Below are positions 1 through 9,874 of a stretch of 64,000 bases of DNA, in pieces. Origin of the DNA: Zygnema circumcarinatum SAG 698-1b (taxonomy: Eukaryota; Plantae; Zygnematophyceae); the NCBI GenBank assembly GCA_037447605.1, contig CM074808.1, positions 1 to 64,000 of the forward strand, read 5' to 3'. Each line of letters begins with the position of its first letter. Positions within the stretch are counted from its first letter, which is position 1. The notes beneath the pieces were generated by a model that saw nothing but the letters and a program-made list of their open reading frames with translations, had not been told where the DNA came from and did no database searches. Both the position numbers and the translations under genes were made by a program.

Positions 1-606
1 GGCCACAAAGAGGCCACAAGGCCCTGAGAATACAAAGGCCCACAAAGAGGCCATAAAGAGGCCTGTAAAGGCCTGAGGCCTGAGGCCACAAAAGGAGCCG
101 CAAGGCCTGGGAGGCCGCAAGAGAGGCCTGAAAGGCCTGAGGCCTGAGGCCTGAAAGGCCACAAAGGCCGCAAGGGCCACAAGAGGCCATAGGGCCACAA
201 AGAGGCCTGAGGCCTGGGGCCACAAGGGCCACCAAGGGCCCTGAGAGACCTGGGGCCTGAGGCCTGAGGCCATAAAGAGGCCTGAGGGCCCTGAGGCCTG
301 GGGCCTAGGGGCCCTAGGGCCACAGAGGCCTGAGGCCACAAGGGCCACAAGGGCCACAAGGAGCCTGAGGCCACAAGGGCCCTGAGAAGGCCCATAAAAG
401 GGGCCACAGGAGCCCTGAGGCCACAAGAGGCCACAAGGAGCCTGAGGCCTGGGGCCACAAGAGGCCTGAGGCCACAAGGCCACAAAGAGGCCCTAGAGGC
501 CATAAAGGCCACAAGGGCCCTAGGAGCCGGGCCACAAGAGGCCCTGAGCCTGAGGCCTGAGAGGCCACAAAGGAGCCTAAGGCCTAAAGGCCCTAAAGGC
601 CACAAA
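1..606. repeat. Degenerate GGCC-anchored minisatellite (units such as GGCCACAAAG, GAGGCCT, GGGCCCT, CCTAGGG)
   Basis: GGCC recurs roughly every 7-12 nt throughout, in scrambled short units. It continues off the left edge of the window. Confidence 0.9.
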
Positions 607-957
607 GACCGCGTTGTCATGGGGACTGCACGTGCAAAGGACCACTGACCATGCACCCCAGGACACAGAGCACCGGAGACAGAGCAGTGAGTTCTTTTCG
701 TTTATTGTTTTCCTTGGCGTCATGAGGGGGACGAGAAGGGTGCCGCTACCACCGACTAGAAAACTGGCAGCAACTCGTCCTTGCGGCCCAGATCATCAGC
801 CACGCCTCCACAGCCGTGTTCCACAAACACCAACAATAAGAGCAATAGGTGCTGCTAGTTGAACAAACCAACAACAAGTCACAAATCTACCAACTTCCGC
901 CCTTAGGCTCCAGCTTTACAGTAAAATCTCCCTAAGTCTAACGCTACTGTCAGTGGG

Positions 958-3900
958 CTAGCACAGAAAGTCGACGGCCCCCGGCAGAACGTCCACGGCC
1001 AGGGGCAAGTGGCCCAAAAACTCCCCATCGGCCTCCACCTCTATCGTGGATGGCCCCATAGATGGGTCTCCCACCTCCAACCTCGCCACTCTGCCACGGC
1101 AAAGCAATCGCCAAATATGGATCTCGTGAGCAGGCCATGGAACCGAATGTGACGGACATGGTTATGTTCCCCTGAACCGAGAAACAATCTTGCACATCCT
1201 CAAACCACTACTCGGTCCCCCAGCCCCAACCCCCCTTTCCTCTCCCGAGCTGTAAACCTCCTGCTATGCATCCCGCAACGACCATAGGTGCAGGCCAGAG
1301 GCTCTCGAGCAAGCGAATGCATGGCCATGGAGGCCCCTGCCAGTTGCAGGACCGACGGGACGACAGTGCAGAAGGAGCCAACCTTCTGTGAGTTACGCGC
1401 TTGAGGTTATAATGGCTCCCCGCGAAAAGGTGCCATCCCTTAAGGATGAAGTCGAGGAGTTTGAATCCGATGAGGGTCACTATCTGCATGGGTGCATGCG
1501 ATGAAGCAGTCAAAGGCGGGGCCTGCCGCATGCATACGAGTTTTGTAAACTGAAAATGAAGGGTGTCCGCCACATCGAGGCATTCATCAATCGCCTTCCC
1601 TTCATCCTTCCCTTCCAGATCCAGTTGTCGTCTACTCTAGCTTGCTCTAGTTAGAAGGGGCTTGTTTTTGGAAATGACTCCTTGAAAGGGGATTTTGCCT
1701 CAAATGATGCCCAAGAATCGGCTAGGCATATAGAACCTCGCATCCAGTTTCCCGGAAAAGGGATCTGCAGTAGGGGCAATTTTCATGCCACCTCCAAAGT
1801 AGGCACCGTTTGCGACCACAAGGGCTGACATGGCCTTCACAAGGACCCCCTGCTCCTCATCCACCTGCAGCCCAGCGCAGCCACAAGAGCTGTCACAACG
1901 GCAGCCATGGCGGATGGCTCGCCCGCAACCAACGCTAACAGAGCAGCAGGCAGCGCACCCTTAGAATGACGTCACGGTTGACGTGCTGCAGGAACGCCAA
2001 CACCGCGCCCACAACGTAGCACAGAGGACCAAGGAATTTGAACTTACTGGCCACCTGGCCAGTGCGCGCACTCCTGCAAACTCCAAAAGACCGTCCTCCA
2101 CTCGTAACTACAGAGACGTGCAATTATGTAGACATACATTCGGCTCCCCTTGTCATGAAGAAGCCCGGTCTTGGTCTCCTACCACACATCCCAATGCCTA
2201 TCGCCCTACGCTAGAAGGAAAAAGTAAGGGAACCTATGTCTGGGTGGTGTGATGCTCACAGGTGCATGTCCAGTACGTTGACAAACATGCGAGCCGCATT
2301 CAGGCCAGCGCAACGAGCCCGTCCAGTCGCTTCGTCTTTCCTGCAGTTCCATGACCAGAGAGGGATACAACCTGTTCATCCAAAACGGCTCAAGAACTGT
2401 AAACCTCGACAAGAACGGTTGCTCACCCCCCGTTCCTGCGGCAGTTCCCATAACCTTTGTGAATCGATACACCACAGGTTAGGCCTATGATGCTGTCAAA
2501 AGGCAGCAATAATCGTCAGCATTCTCAGATTACAGTAACACGAACGTGAGAGTTTGGCTTTCGAGTGAGGCAGCAGACCTCTGCTGATGCGTTCCACAGC
2601 GCCCTTGACGTCGTTACTCTTCCTGCACACCATGGCAGTCCACGTCGGAGGATGTTCTGCTCATTGCTCATTGTTGGCATGCTGGCCAGCACCTGACGAA
2701 TGGGTAACATCAGAGTTCACACGCCACCGCTGATAACCAGAGCAAAACATGGAAGGGACATCACAATCTTCCAGTGAGGCATGCGCAAACAGATGGGGTT
2801 GGGAGTGCAAAGTAACATAAGGTTCTGTCCACAGAAATAGAAAACTGCGCTATAAACATACTCAGGTTAGTAAACATCCATGCCAAATGCGCGCCATTCT
2901 AATGTGAGGAATCAAGTTTGTTCTCTGCCAGAGTCACAAACACCTCGAGCTTCCAAATTCCAAACGATTTTGAAACCGCAGACTCTAACAAACAAATGTA
3001 CTTACCAGCCGAAGGTTCGAGGAAAGTCGCAGCCGGTCCCCAATGGAATGAGCTGCCACAATGACCCCAGAAAAAGGGAATGTTAGCATACTGAATGCAC
3101 TCTCGCACAGTAGCCTGACACTGGACTGCCTTATCAGACTTTGCATAGCGCTACCGTTCAGACGTAATAAACGGCAAACAATCGCAGCATAACTGCACGG
3201 CAATGTTTGAAATCATCACCGAAGAGGATGAGAGAGCAGAACTGGGAAATTCTCCATTTTATTTTTTTTTTTTTTGGCGGGCTTCCTAGAAGCTCACCCC
3301 ACAGGCCGTGCGTACACCATCTCCTTCGCCCCCAGAAGGCGCCACAGGCTCGCCATCCAAAAAAAAGCCGTTTACAATCTGCAGGAAACCCAAACTAATC
3401 CAGAACGTTAGATTCTCATGGACAGTGTAGCTGGCTTACAATGCTCATGCACGCCACTCTCTCTAGCAAAGGCAATGCTAGCTTCATACAAACTCAAATT
3501 CAAGGTACAAAGCAGCAAGCAGCAATGTTTTTCTTCAATCAAGCTCTTGAGTGCACCTTATTTAGGGTCCCGTCTCCTCCAACCGCCACAACTGCATGCG
3601 CTCGGTCCATCACCGCCTGCAATATGAGGCAGGCTTCCCATCAACAAGGAAAAACCACACCAATAGCTGCTAGCAGGAGAATTCAACAATTGCTAAAAAA
3701 TCTCTAACTGACAAAACATGAGCGTGAATTCAGATGCTTATGGGTGCAAACAAGCATTCGTAAGAGTGGCAGGTATTTAGCACTAAATCGAAACAGAATC
3801 TCTGCAAAAGTGCTCACAACAAAAATTGGTTTGGAGAACTCCCCAATCCTAACATTTGGTACTTGCTAGGGTTCACATATTGTGCGATTACCGAAGCTCA

Positions 3901-4835
3901 CCTTCCGCGCCATTTCCGTTGCATCCTTTTCGTGCCGAGTGAACTGCTCCACCACCTGCGCATCTCCGAAAGCTGACGGTGCGTCTTGAATATAATGTAT
4001 GCTTCACAGGTTTTCTATTTTCCAAATGCACTCAAGATCACTAATTTAGCCATAGCAAAACACTGACGGTGGTTTCCCATCAGTAGGAATCCCTAACGAT
4101 GACGAAAACAGGGATGTAAAGAATGGATTTTTAAGGTCAACAACAACAACAACGACGAACCAGAGCGAGCAATCGGCGACGTTGAAATAATAGTATCTCA
4201 CATTGCAGTCGTTTCCCAGAGCCTTCTTCAGCAATGGAACAATCTTTTTCCACTGGCGTGCAGCCCGACCATTCGCACCTGTCGAGGGAGAGAGAACGAG
4301 TGAGAACGAGAGAGAGGGAGAGAGTGCGTGGGGAGGTATAACCGCAACAGCAACATACGCAGATGCGAAGTAGGACAACTTTTTCAACATCCGGAAACGT
4401 GCATTGATTTATGCCAGATGTGAAAATATGTCGACAAAAGAATCTACAAATATTGAACAGAAAAATACAGCGTGTAAACATGCCATCCTTCGCTATCAAC
4501 CTCTCCAGTAAAACAAAAAAAAACGAGCTTTACAACGTGGCTCATTGCTCAGCACAAACCAACAACAAAGTTTCTAAGGTAAGAGACTATACATTGCATT
4601 GATAAATAATTACAGTATGCGTCAATGTAAATACGGCTAGCTTTTGACACACAGCTATGGAGAAATGCCTAGTTCATGACCCGAAGAGCCATAAACGAGT
4701 GGGCGCCATGGCAGGCGGGCGCACTGGCGGGGTTGATGATGACGACGTAGTCCCGCCCCCCGCGCGGCGCCGCCTCCTCCAGCCCCCGCTCCCGCCCCCG
4801 AGCGCCGCCGCAGCCGCCATGGCCGCCATGGCCAT
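958..4835 (-). CDS. LCBK2: Sphingoid long-chain base kinase 2-like / DAGK catalytic (YegS-like) lipid kinase, multi-exon
   Basis: Spliced exons translate to RDYVVIINPAS|ANGRAARQWKKIVPLLKKALGNDCN|VVEQFTRHEKDATEMARK|AVMDRAHAVVAVGGDGTLNK|IVNGFFLDGEP...|LIPLGTGCDFPRTFGW|...MFVNVLDMHL|SARTGQVASKFKFLGPLCYVVGA...|...NGAYFGGGMKIAP...|...EADGEFLGHLPLAVDVLPGAVDFLC*. These are colinear with the recalled Arabidopsis At2g46090 protein and carry the GGDGT and PxGT motifs. The start is uncertain, and two apparent 1-nt frameshifts are present (see findings). Confidence 0.88.
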
Positions 4836-5115
4836 GGCTCACCGTGCTCCGCCTCCGCGGCTCCGCGGCAGTAGCGGTCGAGGCGGTGACCGACGGTGAC
4901 GCCTGGCGCGGGCGCGGTTTCCCTCCTTCCCGCCAAAGACATCCTGTCCTTCGCGTCCTCCCCCTCCCTCCTGCTCCGCCTCCTCGCTGATCCCTTGGCC
5001 CCGGAGGTGTCGCTACTCGCTTCCCACGTCTGCCTCGCACTCTCCTCGCAATGCCGCGACAGCCCGGCCGTACCGCGCAGGCGAGGGTCCACCGCCCCCC
5101 GGCCCGTGCCGCGGC

Positions 5116-5125
5116 GCCACGTGGC
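5116..5125. promoter_or_regulatory. Perfect palindromic G-box GCCACGTGGC in the short divergent LCBK2/RIQ2 intergenic region
   Basis: Exact sequence match. Function is inferred only. Confidence 0.5.
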
Positions 5126-5249
5126 CGTCTCTGCTCCGCACACGCCGCCCGCCTGCTCCCTCCCTCCCTCTGCAGCGCCGCCTCGTCTCGCCTCGCCTCC
5201 GCCTCGCCTCGTCCGCCCTCACTCCCACCCTCGCTTCCTCCTTCCATCG

Positions 5250-5312
5250 CTCCCTCCCTCCCACCCTCCCTCCCTCCCTCCCTCCCTCCCACCCTCCCTC
5301 CCTCCCTCCCTC
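5250..5312 (+). repeat. (CCCT)n microsatellite, probably in a 5'UTR intron of the RIQ2-like gene
   Basis: Tandem CCCT units followed by the acceptor-like tctgtccctgcag just upstream of ATG 5334. Confidence 0.75.
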
Positions 5313-5333
5313 TGTCCCTGCAGGAGCGCGGCC

Positions 5334-7066
5334 ATGGCGGCTTCCATGCTGTCGCAGGCGCAGGCTGTGGCCGGTGTGCCCTCCGCTCTCTCCTATGGCT
5401 CCTCTGTCGCCCGCGGCTGCCCTACTCTTGCCTCTGCGCCGCGCAGCCGCTCTAGCAAGGCGTCTGCACCGCGGCCTCTCGTTGTAGCCATGGCGATCAA
5501 GAAGAAGGTCAGGAAGGCGACGGCTTGTGTGTTGCATGTTCTGTTTTGTATTGCGTTTTCCAGACTGCATGCTGATGAGCAGCATCACACGTCGTTTGCT
5601 TATTTAGCATCCACTTACATCATTTTCATTTAATAAGTTCTATTCGGACTCTTTTTTATGATGCGATTCTTCGTTGTTGATCGATTTATGTCATAGGGGT
5701 AATGCAGGTACTTTCATGTATTCGCATTTTGTCTCCGTGAGGGCTGAGTCACGTAGGTTTATTGCAGGCCCTTCCATATGTTTTGCTTCAGTCGTTCATG
5801 TTGGCACTGTGGGCCCACACTAAGTTACTCAATAGGGAGTACAAAAGCATGGGTGCGATTAAGTCGGCGATTGCTGTCAGATCACCTTTAAAGTGAGAAA
5901 GGCCAAAGTTCATGCGACTGCGGGGCGGACTATATCGTCGTCATGTTCAAGAGTGGTGATTCAATACATGAAATTGAGCTCAACGTAGTATCATCACCTG
6001 CGTACGGGACTCTCTCACTGCAGATGTCTAGGTCATCCGAGTGTAGAGAGACGGCCGTGCCATGACCCGGCTTACTCGAGGATGGTCATGAACTTGGAAC
6101 TTGGAAGGCCAGTGACTTGTGTTACACACTATATCGATCGAATGAATGATGGCAGCAGCACCGATATGCTGAGATCTACAGGACTCGTAGGAAAATCATA
6201 AGTTATCGCGTTTTAGCTCAAACGTAAAATACTGTACAGGTAGTGTCAATCTGTCATGAGTTTTAGTTCGCACTGAAAAGTGCTCTCTCGTTATCAGTAC
6301 AGTTCTTGCGTTTCTGTATCCAGGACGCGCCAGTCGAGCTGATGTTGAAAAGATCTCATGAATGCTGAGATCTTGTTAAGGCTGTCCATTCCATGACGTC
6401 TACATGTGTCGAAGCATCAGTGCAAATTGGGAAGCTATTTTGAGCTGGCTCAGTTTGGAAGCTTGCTGAAAGGCCTGAAAGTCCCTCATCTCAAGACGTG
6501 CAGTTTGCTAGGGGATGGTTTTGATGGTCAGAGTAGCTGGACGCACTGTTGTTTGCATCCCCTACTGGTGCTGGTTGTGACGAACACATCGTTAGTTGCC
6601 GTTCTAACGATGTTTTTACGTGCAGGTCAATGCATACGATGATGAGTGGACGAAGAAGTTCTTTTCATATGGCATTTTTGCCGAAAACAGTGAGGTTAGC
6701 CAGGTAAACTTGGTGAAGAGCTTAGAGAAGAAGAAGCTGCTTACCAATATCGAGAAGGCTGGACTACTTTCGAAGCTGGAGTCTTTTGGGTTTTCCCTGT
6801 CGAAGATCGAGAAGCTTGGCTTGCTTTCAAAGGCTGAGTCTCTTGGAGTTCTGTCCCTAGTGGAGAACTTTGCAGCGTCCTCCCCAGCCGCCCTGGCCTC
6901 CCTCTCTTTGCCCCTCGTGCTCGGGGCAATTCTCACCCCCATCATTGTGCCGGACGATAGCACGCTCCTCTTGGTCGGCCAGTACACCATTGCGACGCTG
7001 CTGGGAGTCGCCGGCCTGGGCACCTTCACGGCTTCCATCGTCCTTGGGATCTTGCAAGACGACTGA
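5334..7066 (+). CDS. RIQ2: DUF1118 thylakoid membrane protein, RIQ2 (At1g74730)-like, with plastid transit peptide; 2 coding exons (5334-5507, 6626-7066)
   Basis: MAASMLSQ...VVAMAIKKK|VNAYDDEWTKK...KLLTNIEKAGLLSKLESFGFSLSKIEKLGLLSKAESLGVLSL...IVPDDS... matches the recalled DUF1118 pattern (VAMAPxKKVNxYD, LLSKAExLG). The intron is GT-AG and in frame. Confidence 0.9.
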
Positions 7067-8085
7067 AAACTGCGATGCAACCGCAATCGAAGGGGTGAGG
7101 GCCCACAACTGTATGTAGGAAATTTGGTCATTTCGTAGTCAAGGTGAAAGTCAACAATCCACTGCCCGGTGTGCAGGAGGTCACAGTGGGCACGCTTGCT
7201 TTGCTTGCAGCGACCGTACACTTTTGTATACTCCCACGCTTTTCGTTTTCCGTCCCAGCGTTGCGCACTCATTGAAATTGCGGAGCAGCGTCGTCCCGAC
7301 TGTAGAGACTCAGTTGGACTCAGTGACTCGGTGTGTAGGCAGGTCCCCTGATTTTGTTGAAGTTATAGATGGCTGTCTGAGTGTAGGAACTGAGAGCAGC
7401 CAAAGATTTTTTGGCTTTGCGGTCTTTGTTGAATATGGATGGCTGGCAAACCGCAATATCCCTTTCTGTGGATGGTTTCCTGTCGCATGAGGGGGGAGAG
7501 GGGGGGGGGGTGGGGGAAGGCGGGGAAGGGTTGTCTCTCGATCTGTCGATGTGATGTGTCTAATGAGCAGACTGGGACCTTCGGCGGCTTCCGTTCTAAG
7601 TGCACAAGGCCCAGCAGCTCAGCTTGCACCAAAGTCAGCCTCCTGTCGAACATTTCGCCAAAACCAATTGAATGGGAACACGTCCATTAGAATACCTCGG
7701 CAAGACCGGCTAAATGGCTTCTAGCATGAGAGAGCAAACCTGCGTCAAGAGCTGTCTGTCTCGTTAGCTCGCAGGATGACGTGACGTGGGTAAAGTCCGC
7801 CTCCGCTACGCCCCATTACAGTCAGACTATCCTCGAAGCATCGAAGCGTTGTGCCCAGCATATGGCCGATGCCGCCTGCAATCCGACCTGTCTTCGAACT
7901 ACAAGCTGTTGACCGACGAGTTTTTCGAATCCCTAGCAGGGGGAGAAGGACTTCGCTTCCCCCTATGGTATCCGAATTTGCGTGCTACGAATTTTGACCC
8001 TGCACTGTAGCAAGCAAATTCAACGTAGGGAACCGCCAGATATTGGCGGGGGTTCATTCGTTTGGGATTTATGCGTGGATAACGC

Positions 8086-8777
8086 AAACTTTCATTGAAC
8101 TCGCGATGGCGAGGCCATCAAATTTACATGGATAAAAGCAAAATGTGGAACCACGAAGGACTGGTCACAAAGGACCGAAACACAATAAAACGAAGCTAGG
8201 AGCGGAAAACTACGCCTAGGCATAACAACGCAGCCCTAGAAGCAGCCGCGAAGGTCACCGATGTGAGGCACGTCGCGAGGAGGGAGCGGCGGAAGTCCAC
8301 CAACACGGTCACCAACAACTGCAGCACGCCGAAGTAGCGTAGAAGCGAGGCAACGCTGAAGGGCGACGGAAATACGTTGTCGATAAAAGGTAGCCAAGAT
8401 CGCCGGAGGAGGGCTTCCGGGGCCGTGCATCTCGAAAGAGCGATGGGCGCACTGGCGAAGGAAGGTATCCAAATGGGTGTCGAGGCAGCCAAAAATCTCA
8501 ATAGCCATAGGAACAAACTCGTCGGCTGCATCACGGTGAGCATATGCACGCTCCTTGCGAAGGGCCGCATCGCGAGCAGCCACGCCTTCATGATGTGCTG
8601 CACGTGACAATAAATCGCGACGGGTTGGATCGGCCAACACAATATCCCCAAAAATACGCCGGGCACCATCCATAAGAGCCAAATCAGGGCGAACTCCGCG
8701 CTCGCCACGAATAGTCGGCCGTGGGGACACCAGGTGGCTCGGCTCCCGTCGCACAAGGTAGTTAGCTCACCTGCTAA
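8086..8777 (-). mobile_element. 5'-truncated non-LTR retrotransposon (RLE/CRE-like C-terminal endonuclease region plus 3'UTR) with 12-bp target-site duplication
   Basis: ORF 8236-8754 reads RPDL-x12-DIVLADP...RKERAY...FVPMAIEIFG...RQRISVALQR, typical of RLE non-LTR C-termini. The direct repeat CGTGGATAACGC flanks it at 8074-8085 and 8778-8789. Confidence 0.85.
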
Positions 8778-8846
8778 CGTGGATAACGCGTCCTGCCAGT
8801 ACATTAGTAGCATTTATTAGTCCAATATTTGTCACCACTCTGTCCC

Positions 8847-9052
8847 GGTGGTCTCCCACCCCTTCCTTCACGTGCCGCGCCACATATTGGCGACCTTCGC
8901 GGCTGCTTCTAGTGCCGAGTTGTTGAGCCTAGGAGTAGACATACGTTTTGAGGCTTTTTCTTTGTCTTTTCGTCCATTGTGACCGCTCCTTTTGGTTCCC
9001 GATGTTGATTTTCTTCATATACGTTTGATGGCTTTGCCATCGTGAGTTCAAT
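8847..9052 (+). mobile_element. Second, shorter 3' end of the same non-LTR family in the opposite orientation
   Basis: Encodes GGLPPLPSRAAPHIGDLRGCF*, versus GGLPPLPPRDVPHIGDLRGCF* in the minus copy. The 3'UTR similarity runs to gagttcaat. Confidence 0.8.
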
Positions 9053-9874
9053 ATACCATCTTTTCTTCTCTGTCACTATCATGTAGTAAAGGAAGATTTG
9101 ACGTTCTCTCCTATGTCATCGTGCGACATGCCGACGATGCCGGACAAGGTCACTAGCAGCTCATATACATACACATATACGTATATATTTGATGGCCTCG
9201 AAATATCCAAAACAGGGGGAGTGGATAGCCAAAATGGAAGTACGGAATTTCCCGAAAAGGGGGAGAGAATATCCAAAAAGTGGGGAAAGTCTATCATTCT
9301 CTTGCGCAGGCCGTGCCAACCGGAATGAATGCCTCGACGCGTGCGGGCGAGCGCGACGCTTCCTAGCGCGGTCGCTCCGCGCTAGCGAGGCGAGGCGAGG
9401 CGACGGACTGGCGGGCGGGCGGGCGCAAAGCGCACGCCATTCATTCATTTCACATCGTGGCTTGGTTTCTAAGAAAAAAAAAAAAAACTTGAAAACAGTG
9501 AAGTGTCCAAGACTGAAGCCGTCTTTCTCTAAGCTCCAAACCCCGCTTGCAAGACTAACTACAATCTTTGGTGCAAGTTTTGAAGCTAAGAAGAGCCGCT
9601 TCCCTTCCAACCACAAAAGCTAATGCCCTGTTTGGCAAAAAGTGTTTCAGGTTGGCGAGGTCAGGACGACCATGACGAGCTCCCTCCCGGTGGCACTGAC
9701 TGAGGCCGGCAGCCGAACGAAACAGGAGACCGCATTCGACCGCGCGCTGTTCGCCTTCCTCCGCGGCTCGAGACAATGTGGCGTTACGCCACGCGGCGCG
9801 CTGCGATAGACGCTCGAGAGCAGCGCCAAATGACGAGATGTGACGCAATACGGGCTTCGAAGGCGCAGTAGTGC

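Noticed and set aside
314-568. ORF of PLWPLW/GLV repeats
   Set aside because: Translation of the GGCC minisatellite; no splice or homology support.
7915-7950. TTCGAATCCC resembling a tRNA T-loop or B-box
   Set aside because: No acceptor stem, D-arm or anticodon arm could be folded upstream.
8030-8057. Hairpin ccgcca-gatat-tggcgg as a possible Helitron 3' end
   Set aside because: No CTRR terminus at the expected distance on either strand.
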